DNA of 64,000 bases from Eledone cirrhosa (lineage: Eukaryota): assembly GCA_964016885.1 (NCBI GenBank), contig OZ024743.1:375720001-375784000 (forward strand). The letters are read 5' to 3'. A program made the position numbers and the translations under genes. Shown piece by piece: positions 1-13,740 of the stretch. The notes under the pieces are model-generated. The model did no database searches, was not told where the DNA came from, and saw only the letters and a list, made by a program, of their open reading frames with translations. The number at the start of each line of letters is the position of its first letter. Position 1 is the stretch's first letter.

Positions 1-526
1 TATGTATGTATTAAATTTTACACTAAGCAGCTATACTCTAAATTCATATCTGTACCGAAGAAACGCTACAGGTTTTAACATATTTTATTTACATATAGAA
101 CACTTCTATTCATTGTCATATGTAAATGATATACCGAATAAAAGATGTTATACGCATGTTCACACACATCTCACATACAACAGATCTGTATAGAAATTTC
201 TTTTCTTTATTCTCATATTAGATCTATCTAGAATTAACTTGCAAATAAGTTATATTACTACAATATCTTAGTTCCTGGTCTGCTACTGTTGGTGTTGTTG
301 TTATTGTTGTTGCTTTTGCGTTTATTTTTATATTATTGCTGGTTTCGTTGTTCATAATGTTTTCTTTCATTTTAAAAATATTTCTTCGTTTAAGATCGAT
401 TTGTTTTTGTTGGATTAGTTTGTGGTGTTTTTTTTTTGTTTTTTTTTTTAGGAGGACTCACAATACATTTGAAGTATATTATAAAATGGATATCACTTGC
501 AATTAATATATATATATATAATATGC

Positions 527-714
527 GCCATAATTAGCTTACAGGCTTACAGTTAAGAAATGTGAATAAAAGTAGAAAACACAGTGATATTAAACTTTAT
601 TCCAAAAGTAATACAATAGGCAGTTCATGTAAGTTTATATACCTACATTGAATGTTCGAAATACTGCTTGTTTGTATTAATGTAAGCATGCCATTGTCGT
701 AAGCTAATTATGGC
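527..714. repeat. Short inverted repeat (16-bp perfect arms)
   Basis: GCCATAATTAGCTTAC at 527-542 and its reverse complement GTAAGCTAATTATGGC at 699-714, with an inner GCTTACA/TGTAAGC pair. Confidence 0.6.
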
Positions 715-1199
715 CGACATGTTGAGTTTGTCGCAGATGAATAAAAGATTTAAAAGATACGACTGAAGAGGTAGCCGTAGAGATGGAAGTAAAGGAAAAA
801 AACATGGAACATATTTTTCTTTTTTGCTGAGGTGGAGTTATGGGAGTCTTGCTTATCATCATAAAAATACACAAGCAAGATAATGCTCTTCAAAATTGTT
901 GTATCTCCTCCATATATTATGGTGGACGAGGTGAGATTGCTCCTAGTAAACCACATCATATGTTGCTACGGGCTTACGCTTGTTGTCGTTCATCGTTTCT
1001 TTATCGAAGCAAAGAGAGTAGACGCTCACCAATTATTTTGCTCTAGTATGCCAAATAGCGAAACAAGAATAACAACAAAAAGAACAAGATCAAGAACGAA
1101 CGAAGAACAACAGCAACAACAACAAAAGAACAACAAAGAAACACTATATATATATAATTAAAAGAGTAAAACAAGGCAAAGAAAGAAAAAACAAAGAAC

Positions 1200-1640
<441 letters not shown>

Positions 1641-1848
1641 TACTGAAAACTGATACTTCACGAAACATTACTCCAAGTTTTCCTGTTTCCGGTTTTTGAA
1701 GAAACATGCCAATGGTATATAATAGACAAATAGTTGGAATGTTTTTATATTATTATAACTAATGTTGGATTGGTGTATCCATGGTTAACATGGTTAACAT
1801 GCTGAAAGGTTTAGGCAGCGGTTTCATTCTCTGGTTGATTTCTTTAGG

Positions 1849-2066
1849 GTGGCGGATTGGCAGAATTTATAGACTGTCGAATAAAATGCGATTTCGGTAT
1901 TTTTTCTGACAGTTTTACATTCTGAGTTCAAATCCCCACCGAGGTTAGCTTAGCCTTTCATCCTACTGAGGTCGATAAAATAAAGTACCAGTTAAGTACT
2001 GGGGTTGATATAATCAACTTTGACCTTGTACAAAAATTTGCTGGCCTTGTGAATAAATTAGAAATA
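1849..2066 (+). mobile_element. tRNA-derived SINE (family A)
   Basis: A-box-like TGGCAGAAT, B box GAGTTCAAATCC, body GCCTTTCATCC..GAGGTCGATAAAATAAAGTACCAG, tail GCTGGCCTTGTG..TAGAAA. Several copies in the window. Confidence 0.8.
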
Positions 2067-2279
2067 TTAATATTAAGGATAAAACTTTAGTATTTTTGTA
2101 CTGTTTACTCAGGGAGTTGTAGAGCAGTGCCCATAACCCTTTTGAAGACTTCCAAGACTGGTGGAAAAAAAAGGAGAAAGATGTCCTCAAATTGGGGACC
2201 CGCTCTGAATGATTGCAACAGAGTGGACCTCTGCTAAAGACACCCAAGGGTCACGTGGTGGTATTAAACTGAATAATAG

Positions 2280-2700
2280 ATTATGTCAACTACCCAACTA
2301 GGTGGATGACAAAAATTTGTCTTTATGTGAAACAATTTATCATTTCGATTTCGGTATGGCCAAAATTTAGTTGTATCTAAATTTAAGGTAAATTCAAAAA
2401 AAAATTAACTAAACTAAAATTAGTATCAGCGTTAATTCCTAAAGGTATTTCACTAGATAATTTTATTATATCTTTTAAAAATATGTCTAAATGATGGCAT
2501 TTCATAATATGTGAAACAGAAAAGCCATCTTCTCCCCGCAAATTATAAAACCTCTTATTCAAAAGCTTTAAAATATATATTCCAATAATTGTGCATAATT
2601 CACAGCCATCTTGTAATCCTCTAGAAACATCAAGCAATTCAACTTTGTAATTTTTTCTCTTCCCAGAATAAGTTATTGAAAAACAAAAGAGATTTATTTG
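2280..2700 (-). pseudogene. Degenerate Penelope-like RT fragment related to the 60.7 kb element
   Basis: LDVSRGLQDGCELCTIIGIYIL...RGEDGF...INADTNFSLVNF aligns by eye with FDITMGASDSSQLTDLIGIFIL...YRDDGLF...IEFDNSIKLANF of the ORF at 60685. Confidence 0.7.
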
Positions 2701-2821
2701 AGTGCATAATTAACTAACATAATTAACTAACATAATTAACTAACATAATTAATCCATGTTTATAAATGTAAGCATATATAAGTAAATGAAACATTTCTAG
2801 TCCTGTAGATGTCATTTCTAG

Positions 2822-2854
<33 letters not shown>

Positions 2855-2864
2855 CGAAGGAGAT

Positions 2865-3115
<251 letters not shown>

Positions 3116-3576
3116 TATTATATATATTTATATATACATATATATATCATATATATATACACATATATATACATACATATATTATATTATATATACACAT
3201 ATATATTATATATCTATGTATATGTATATATTATATTCATATATATTATATATTATGTATTATATATATATACATATATATATCATATATATATACATAT
3301 ATATATACATATATATATTATATTATATATACACATATACATTATATATATATGTATATATATATATTATATGTATACATATATATTATATATATATATT
3401 TATATATATACATATAATATACATATATATATATTATATTATATATACATATATATATATATAATATGATATATAATATATATATATATGTATATATATA
3501 TACTTATATATATATATATATGTGTGTTGTATGGATGTATATATAATATGTATATGTATATATATAATATCTATAA

Positions 3577-3686
<110 letters not shown>

Positions 3687-3999
3687 TAGCGGGAATCATT
3701 AGATTGCATTTTGTAATTAGCAGAAAAATTGAATATTTTCCAGCATTCCAACATTATGTCCATTATGTCCATTATGTCCATTATGTCCATTATGTCCATT
3801 ATATAGATATATTATGGAAACTCGATACTCGCTGTAATGGTTTGTCACATTTCAGCTTTCAATAAACTATTTCAATCTATTTCAGAATTTCTGCCTTTTT
3901 TCACACTTCTGTGTTTAAATACACACACACACACACGTTACGTATAAACATGTATATATACATATACATATATATTCATATACATATATAGATTATATG

Positions 4000-4037
<38 letters not shown>

Positions 4038-4092
4038 GTTATACACATACATAAGCATATATATTCATATATGTGTGGATATATATATGTGT

Positions 4093-4173
<81 letters not shown>

Positions 4174-4600
4174 TATATATTCATGTATATATATATATAT
4201 ATATTTGTGTTTGTGTGTTGTGTTTGCGTGTGTCCATCTCTGTTTCTGTGTGACAACATAACAATGTTGAATTGCCTCTGAGGAGAGATATTTTCTCACT
4301 CATCACTTCATATACAGCTAATAAAAGACTTTATAATCGTCGTTTCATTTTTTTTTGTTGTCTTTTTTGTACCCTTTTCAAGATGGCAGAGAAATAACTT
4401 TCTTACAATATTTTCTCAATTTTAATCTTCAAACGAAATATTATAATCTTGTTGAAATTTTTCTATTTTAATCCTCAAAATGTTTCCCTTAAATATTTTC
4501 TTCGTTGATTTAATGATTTCACTATTTCGGGGGTTTTTTCTTCTTTCCATATCCTCGTATCTAACAAGGAACTTTGGAAGCATTATTTCATTAAAAAAAG

Positions 4601-4790
4601 GGCGGTGGATTGGCAGTATTGGTAGAGGGTCGGACGCCATGCTTTGACGTATAGAGTTACAGTCCTTGCCATTCTGAGTTCAAATCCCGCCAAGGTTAAC
4701 TTTGCCTTTCATCCTTACGAGGTCGATAAAATAAAGTACCAGTAATGCACTGGGTAATTGCTGGCCTTGTTCCTAACGTAGAAACAATTA
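4601..4790 (+). mobile_element. tRNA-derived SINE (family A)
   Basis: GGCGGTGGATTGGCAGTATTGG (A box), GAGTTCAAATCCC (B box), conserved body, (ATT)n-type tail. Confidence 0.85.
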
Positions 4791-5342
4791 TTTCATTAAA
4801 AAAAATGTTCCTACAATAATAATAATTATTATTATTGTTATATTTGAGGAAGGTCATGTTGTCCTAATATTGCCTAAAATAATAATAGAACACACTTCCT
4901 GTTTGGTTTGGGTTTGTTTTTCGCTTCAGTTCAGTATATCTTTATATTTTTTGATAAATATTTTAGCTGGCAATCAATCTTTATCATTGATTGACTAGCA
5001 GTTAATAATATGAATATAAATATAAATATAAAAATAATTTCTCAAAGTTCTTTCGTCACACATTTTTCTGTGACATCTTCAGTGATTTCCTCTCGTTGTG
5101 TTTTTATAACTATTTTTTTGTTGTTGTTGTTGTTTTGGTTGTCTCTGTTTGTGCATGCGTTTGTGTGCGTATATTCTGTTTGTTGCGTGCTTCTGTGTTC
5201 ATGTCTAAGTTTGTGTGTGTTTCACTATTTTTAGCAATATTAGGACAACATGACCCTCCCTAAATATAACAATATCTGTTTCAACACAAGATTTCATATC
5301 AAAAACCTTATAAAACAAGTACATCGCCGCATTATTATTACT

Positions 5343-6153
5343 TGGATTGGCAGTATCGGTAGAGAGTCGGACGTCATGCTTTGACGCATAGAGTTACGGC
5401 CCTTTCCATTCTGAGTTCAAATCCCGCCGAGGTCAACTTTGCCTTTCATCCTTACGGGGTCGATAAAATAAAGTACCAGTAATGTACTGGTAATTGCTGG
5501 CCTTGTGCCAAAAGTAGAAACAATTATTACTATTATCACTAGATTTGGTGGATTGGCAGTATCGGTTGAGAGTCGGACGCTAGGCTATGCAGTATAGAGT
5601 TACGGCCCTTTACGGTCTAAGTTCAAATCCCGCCGAGGTTAACTTTGCCTTTCATCCTTACGGGATCGATAAAATATAGTACCAGTAATACACTGGATTA
5701 ATTGCTGGCCTTGTGCCAAAAGTAGAAACAATTATTATTATTATTGTGTTGACACAATCGAGAGTTGGAACAAGATATCTTATTGGGTTCCAACTCTTTA
5801 TGTTCCAAGTTCAAATTTAACCACGATAAATTTTAACATTCATCTTCATGGGGTCGATAAATTAAAATACCAGTCAAGTGCTAGCATCGATTTTATCGAC
5901 TAATCGCCAACACAAAAATTGTTGGCCTTGTGCCTAAATCAGAAACCCAGTATCGACAAAGCGTCGGACAATCTGCTTTGTTGCATTGAGTTACGGCCCT
6001 TTATGTTCTGAGTTCAAATCCCCCAAGGTTAGCTTTGCCTTTCATCCTTACGGGGGGGGGGTCTATAAAATAAAGTACCAGTCACGCACTGGCGTCGATT
6101 TAATCGACTTTCCCCTCCCCCTAAATTGCTGGCCTTGTGCCTAAATCAGAAAC

Positions 6154-6200
<47 letters not shown>
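5343..6200 (+). mobile_element. Cluster of four head-to-tail family A SINE copies (~5343-5530, 5546-5745, 5750-5948 degenerate, 5950-6200)
   Basis: Repeated B box GTTCAAAT, TTCATC..GTCGATAAA..TACCAGT body, and GGCCTTGTGCC..AGAAAC plus (ATT)n tails. Confidence 0.85.
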
Positions 6201-6202
<2 letters not shown>

Positions 6203-7068
6203 CAACATATACCTCTGTATACTTTTAACAATTAATAAAACATTAATCCTTCTATGGCGTACATATATATTTATATTATATATATATATGTGTATGTGTG
6301 TGTGTGTCAGTGAGCGCGTGTATGTGTTTGTATGCATGTGTATACATTATAAATATATAGAAACATTTATAAATATATAGATAAAGGTACATACACACAT
6401 ACACACACATAACACACACGTACATACAGGGCTTAAACCCGATCCATCAAACTTTCCCCTTTTCCATGAAACTAATAAAACTTTTTGTACCCCTGTTTGT
6501 TGTCTCCTTGAACTATGTATATATATATACATGCATACAAACATACATGCATACATACATACATACATACATACATACATACATACATACATACATACAT
6601 ACATACATACATACATACATGCTTATATATATATACATGCATACAAACATACACACATACAGGTTTATATATACGTATATTTATGTATATGTGTGTATGT
6701 GCATATGTGTCTGTGTACTGACACACACTTCCCATGTGAATTTGCCTCTAAACCTAATCTGTGAAACAACTACAAAGTCACTTGTTGCATACGATGTGCA
6801 CTACAATAATGCACTTCAGGTGTCATGTTACAACACCCAGTCCATTGCTAGAGTTATGTCTTTTTCTATTATATTTTATTCAATAAATATCATTATCCAG
6901 CAGTTGCCATGGTAACCGAATACTTCAATCATCTTATATAAAAATCGATCATATTTTTTTCAATATCATTTTGGGGGTACTTTTTCGCTGTGTTCGTTTT
7001 AAGTAAATTGTGCAATACCAATTTCTTTTTCCATCACATGAGACGTGACATTAATGAAGGATTTCATT

Positions 7069-7133
<65 letters not shown>

Positions 7134-7214
7134 GTGAACATACACAAACAGAGAAGAACATATTCTTTCAAGCCCATTCTTTTTCTTGTCTTTGTCAAAC
7201 CACTAAGCTACAGA

Positions 7215-7470
7215 ACATAATCACAAACAGATGCAAACATAAACATATCGACGCCTCAAAAGAATGTTTAGGGTGCTATAAGACCTGGCTTTAACAATAT
7301 AACCCCACCCTAACGTACGAAATTGTATTTCAGGCGGGCGGTGGTTGATGAGAATAGATACTTGTGTTCGTTTGTGATTTCTGCAGTTTCCGTCTACCAA
7401 ATTCCATTTAAAATGCATTAGTCAACCCGAGGCTATAGTAGAAGACACGTGCTCGAAGATCCGCGAATTG
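7215..7470 (-). mobile_element. Degenerate SINE-like repeat fragment
   Basis: GTTTCCGTCTACCAAATT...GGCTATAGTAGAAGACAC resembles a common cephalopod interspersed repeat (recalled, not verified). Confidence 0.45.
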
Positions 7471-7609
7471 GGCCTGCCGTCGGGGTCTTGTACAATTTCC
7501 TATTACCCACTCTACTACCCTAAGTATTGAGTACTCTGGTCCGTTATGGTCCACCATGTATGTATGTATGTTTGTTTGTATGTATGTATGTTTCCATATA
7601 TGTATGTCT

Positions 7610-7682
<73 letters not shown>

Positions 7683-7685
7683 TAT

Positions 7686-8380
7686 ATTTCTTTATTAGCC
7701 ACAGGGGCACAAAAGAAGGGGACAAATACAAAGGGGGAAGTTTACATACAATAAAAACGTGTAAAATGTTATCACAGATGGAATTTAAAAGTTAGTCGAT
7801 TTTCCCCAATAGAGGGAGACAGTTTATATGGGTAACACAGACCCCCGAAAAAAATGTGCAACCCTCATCTCCAGGAGTACGAAGAGCTTGTACTCCTTTC
7901 CTCTCCTCCTCCTTTTCCTCAACCTACAGGCTGATATAGAGAGAAGGCCCATTCACTCGGGCCATTCTCGCCACTTTCACCCACCTTTCATAAAACTTGC
8001 TGGGGTACAGCACCTCTCTCTCCATCCTGATTCTTCTTCCAAAGTGGTATTTGAAAAAAAGAATCAGTTGTTGGCCGGAGAGAAAGGTGTCTGACCTCAG
8101 CCCTTTCAACCTTGTCCACCATACAACCTCTTTCGCCATAGCTATCACACAAAGGAAAACCGCCTCTCCTTCGTTTTTGAAGGAGGGTGGCGGTTTGATC
8201 ATGACAATGGACTCGGTGGTCAACTGGATTGGTCCCACCCGCGACAATAGTCGTTCTACATAGCCCCACAGGTCAGTGACGCCCGGGCAGTGTATGAATG
8301 CGTGCGCGACGGTTTCTTCGTCTCGCACGCACCTCGGACAGATCTTTTTTGCAGGGTCCCTGCCCGGGCGCCCATGTCTG
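7686..8380 (-). mobile_element. 5'-truncated L1/Tx1-like LINE 3' end (zf-RVT CCHC domain + 3' UTR)
   Basis: CPRC..DEETVAHAFIHCP..LW motif; AATAAA at the 3' end abutting (TA)n. Confidence 0.75.
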
Positions 8381-9139
8381 TAGATAGATAGATAGATAGA
8401 TATAGATATATATCTATATAGATATATAGATATATATACGAGTATATGTGCAATCGAGACGAAGTGCGTGTGTATTTGAAATAGAAATAATTTGAATGCA
8501 AGGAATGTCTGTTAAAACAGCATATTACATTCCTTTTCCCTTTTTTTTTCTTCCTTTCTCTCTCCCACATCCTTCTCTTGTCCCTTTTCATACTTGCTAA
8601 TCCTGCTTCCGCTTGCTACCACTTCCGCCGCCCCAGAGCTAATACTCTCCTGGCGCTTCGTTGGCAGGGTACGCTTTATCTCGTTCTGTGTTCTTTCTTT
8701 CTGTTCGTCTGTTCTGTTTGTCTAGTCGTCACACATGCATCATACCAGCAGAAATGTTTATTTTCTGTTGCACGAGCTAGCATAAGAAATTGCGGTCCTC
8801 TCAATTAATTCGTGCGAAACTTCAAGCCAGTTTGAGAGCTGATGAGGTCAGATGCGTGTATGATTTTTGTATCGTTTATAACTTTAATCTTGACATTTAT
8901 TGTAACCCTAATCTCCATCTATCTTCCTTTCTTTCTTCTTATCACTTGTACATGCCAATACACTTTTCCTTTTCTCTCAATCTTTTCTGTTTCATCTACC
9001 TGTCACTCACCTCATAACTTTACCAACCATTGGCGACTGACTTCTGTCCATGCATGCTGTCATTGACGGCTTTCGGCTGTTTTAAAAGCTATTCCTTGCG
9101 TTCGAGTTTTCAAATTATTTCTGTGAATATGTGTATATT

Positions 9140-9174
<35 letters not shown>

Positions 9175-9175
9175 A

Positions 9176-9307
<132 letters not shown>

Positions 9308-9362
9308 TGTGTGTGTGTGTGTGTGTACATATTCGAGTGAAACATGAAAGTGCTTGTGGAAA

Positions 9363-9448
<86 letters not shown>

Positions 9449-9452
<4 letters not shown>

Positions 9453-9640
9453 GATTAGCAATCGTGAGGTTGTGAGTTCGATTCCCGGCCCGGGCGATGC
9501 GTTATGTCCTTGAGCAAGACACGTTATTTCACGTTGCTCCTTCTACCTGGAGTTGTGACCAATAGATAGTATTAGCAATGGGAAAGACCAATGGAAACAT
9601 TATTTCCTCGGTCCGATTTGACGAAAGTCGATCGTAAAAT
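9449..9640 (+). mobile_element. tRNA-derived SINE (family B, CORE-like body)
   Basis: B box GAGTTCGATTCC followed by CCTTGAGCAAGACAC..ATTTCACGTTGCTC; second copy at ~21746-21920. Confidence 0.75.
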
Positions 9641-9887
9641 ATATTTATATATATACATGTGTCTGTAATTTTGGAATTTATCGATACCATCATGACTAGA
9701 TTCGATATATCTAAGTTAGCCCAATCAACACTCAATAATACACAAAAGGTGTTCGTTGTATCAGAATGGCAACATGTAATTTATAATTGAGACGCCTCAG
9801 ATTTGCTGGCTGATGGAAAATTTGTCATATTCTTCTTATGTCTGAATACCTACTAACATCTTTGACAACAACAACAACAACAACAAC

Positions 9888-9965
<78 letters not shown>

Positions 9966-10345
9966 GCCCTCCGACACGTCCTAAATACCTGGGGCTTCAG
10001 GTAGCGGCTTGATATTCATTAGGGCAAATTTTCCGGTTAAATAACATCAATGACTGAGATACCAAATTCCTAATAACAACAACGTTTCCTTGTTTGTCAT
10101 ATGGGGTGGGGGGAACACAAAGACAATAAAGATTACTATCAAAAATGCAAAAAATAACATTGGTTATATAGATTAATATTAATGGTATTATTTCTTTCGC
10201 TATTTTTAAATCAATGGTTGGAATGTAAAGATAATAAACTATAATCTTTAAACATACCATCGTCTACTGTCTTAAATTTTAACATTTTACAACATGAGCG
10301 CGTATCTTACAAAACGAGGTTGGAGAGTTACCGGAGGGGAGATAA

Positions 10346-10407
<62 letters not shown>

Positions 10408-10533
10408 GTAGGAGGTGAGTTTTATTGTAGTACAATAAAGCAATGCAGATATCGGATAAGAAGCACTCTACAGTTTGTGGGACTGGAGTATGCATAATAT
10501 AAGATCAAAAGATGGTTAAAGGAGTTCCATATA

Positions 10534-10600
10534 TTTTATTATGCGCATTTCAAAAACAAACATCATCAAACAATAATATTTGTGTTTTCATCAGATAAAA
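10534..10600 (-). ncRNA. Type I hammerhead ribozyme (PLE pLTR)
   Basis: Reverse complement reads UUUUAU-CUGAUGA-[long stem II]-GAAA-UGCGCA-UA/AUAAAA. Confidence 0.8.
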
Positions 10601-10710
10601 CAGGAGAACATGATATGAAGGCTAAAAAACACTTGTTGATAGTGCAGATATGTTGATTTAAAACTGCACTATCAACAAGTGTTTTTTAGCCTTCATATCA
10701 TGTTCTCCTG

Positions 10711-10777
10711 TTTTATCTGATGAAAACACAAATATTATTGTTTGATGATGTTTGTTTTTGAAATGCGCATAATAAAA
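10711..10777 (+). ncRNA. Type I hammerhead ribozyme (PLE pLTR)
   Basis: TTTTAT CTGATGA AAACACAAATATTATTG..TGATGATGTTTGTTTTT GAAA TGCGCA TA ATAAAA. Confidence 0.8.
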
Positions 10778-11100
10778 TATATGGAACTCCTTTAACCATC
10801 TTTTGATCTTATATTATATATATATATATATATATATAGTATTAGTTATACTATTTATGGTTATGTAAACACAAAACCTTAAGCAGTTGTAAGTATTTTA
10901 CACACACCCACTTTAACCTATATCTTTGATTTTTGATTGTACCTATTAATATAAATGTAATCTCGAAGTGTGTACTGCCACTCTAAATTCTGTAATGAAT
11001 GTTGACCCACAATGTTTGAATATGTATCAATGTTTGAATATGTGTTGGTATGTCTCTCGGCTGAAAAGGAGGTCATATAACTGTCCATGCATCAATAAAT

Positions 11101-11147
11101 TGCTCCGAAGAATCCAAACCTCGGTTTGGAGGAAACAGCTGTAAGCA
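11101..11147 (+). ncRNA. Type I hammerhead, probably inactivated (core CCGAAGA instead of CUGAnGA)
   Basis: TGCT-CCGAAGA-A TCCAAAC CTCG GTTTGGA G-GAAA-CAGCTG-TA-AGCA: stems I and II and palindromic stem III all present. Confidence 0.7.
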
Positions 11148-11187
11148 CAATAATGTTTTGAACAGCTCTTTGATTCTTATATTTCAT

Positions 11188-11304
<117 letters not shown>

Positions 11305-11587
11305 CTTTGAAAAGCCTTGCTGAACACACAAGCCTAAACCACTTGGCGCCGCGCTAGGGTTTTAACATATATGTGTACGTGTGTGTGTGTGTAAGCGTGA
11401 AGACATGGAAATGCTCGGTTTGGTACCTACCGAGAGAGCAATTACCCTCACCCCCATCCCGAGAGTGAAAGACCCTTAGTTTTTGTTAGGATATCATTCT
11501 AGAAGGAAAACTGATGTATATACAGTAGAACCTCGGCTCACGAACGGTATCACGATTAAGGAACACGTGAGCCGGCAACAACGGTTG

Positions 11588-12106
11588 ATTTAATGATTGT
11601 GCTCAATCACCAGTTATCGATCTTACTCGTAAATATCACTAAGACCAAGGAACTCCTTCATCAGTAAGTGGCTAAGGTCTTGCTTATACATCTCTTACTC
11701 TGTACATTAACTAGCTACCTGTCCAAGTAAGACGATCGAATAAAGCCGCGTAGTATTAAATTAACGTCTTACGGAAGGGCAGATATTACAGGACTGGTCA
11801 TAATATGTACTGAAGATAGCAGTCAAACGAGTCCCTCAATGACAAGTCTACAAATGTTTAATCTGTAGCAGTTGTATTATAATTAGGTTAAATCTATTCA
11901 TATAAAATATATATTAATTATTTAATATTGGTTATTAAACATTTTTTGTATATCGTTTAAATTTGTGTAAGTTATGCTCTGAGCTTAATGTTCATTGAGC
12001 TTCCTTTATTATATAACATAATCGATTAATGATGAATGAGCTCCGTGGTCTTAATGATACTTATGACTAAGATCGATAGTTGGTGATTGAGCCCAATCAT
12101 TAAATT
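11588..12106. repeat. Diverged ~75-bp inverted repeat
   Basis: TTTAATGATTGTGCTCAATCACCAGTTATCGATCTTA... at 11588-11665 versus ...TAAGATCGATAGTTGGTGATTGAGCCCAATCATTAAA at ~12030-12105. Confidence 0.65.
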
Positions 12107-12312
12107 GGCTATAAGAATAATGTTCTGGAATGTTCATGAAACGGCCGTATAAGTTAACTTTAGACAATTTTGGGTTGATTCGTTCTTTAAGTGAGTACAT
12201 TTATTATTTGTCGTTCTATATATATGTAGATAATACTAGTTGTTTCTCAACTTGATATATGGAAAAAAGTGTTTGTATATCGTTTAAAACTGTAATATAT
12301 ACTGTATATATA

Positions 12313-12400
<88 letters not shown>

Positions 12401-12408
12401 TATATATA

Positions 12409-12503
<95 letters not shown>

Positions 12504-12506
<3 letters not shown>

Positions 12507-13000
12507 AGTTATATATTAATATATATGATAAACACAAAACGTGTTTGTATTGCAACAGACAAAGTTAGCTAGCATGAAATAAACTAATTAAAGTGAATAC
12601 AATTTGTCTGTCTCGATATAAGTCAATAAAGACAAGCTTATATTGGCAAAAGCCGTGATTCCTGGACAAATTTAAATTTCAAAATCCAAACCCGCTCCGT
12701 AGATGAATTTGAACTTCGAAACGCAAATATGTTTCGCAACGATGGTACATGAATTGAAAAATAAAGAGAATCGAAATGGAATTGAAATAAAAAGTGAAAT
12801 ATCCAAATCTTCTGTGCTTATCAACAGGAATCCAGTAAAATTAGTACATTCCACCTTCAAAAATTTTGCAGGTCTGATTACACGTGGTGTAGCCAGCCAA
12901 ACTAGCCATCCCGCATAATTAGTTTATTTCATTGCTAGCTAACTTTGTCTGTTGTAATACAAACACGTTTTGTGTTTATCATATATATTAATATATAACT

Positions 13001-13003
<3 letters not shown>
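12504..13003. repeat. Fold-back element with ~85-bp inverted arms in (TA)n; related to the 32291-33327 repeat
   Basis: 12504-12590 is the reverse complement of 12917-13003. Interior TTTAAATTTCAAAATC..CCGTAGAT..CAAATATGTTTCG is shared with 32470-32535. Confidence 0.75.
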
Positions 13004-13086
<83 letters not shown>

Positions 13087-13094
13087 TATATATA

Positions 13095-13728
<634 letters not shown>

Positions 13729-13740
13729 CGTGCGTGTGTG

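Larger units (their letters stand above)
10407..10817. mobile_element. Solo inverted pair of Penelope pseudo-LTRs, same family as the 59.5-64 kb element
   Basis: Near-identical to 59463-59705 (minus copy) followed by a plus copy matching ~60410-60577; flanked by (TA)n on both sides. Confidence 0.9.

Noticed and set aside
750-1161. Short non-repetitive ORFs as host exons
   Set aside because: No recognisable domain, and no supportable splice structure.
4272-4300. CTGAGGA-GAGA..TCTC (and CTGATGA at ~8839 and ~11664 minus) as hammerheads
   Set aside because: No correctly placed GAAA, stem III or closing stem I.
9997-10260. ORF as a further PLE RT remnant
   Set aside because: Similarity by eye is too weak to support.
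11521-11560. TA|CAGTAGAACCTCG pogo/Tigger-like terminal inverted repeat
   Set aside because: No matching right-hand TIR or transposase found in the window.
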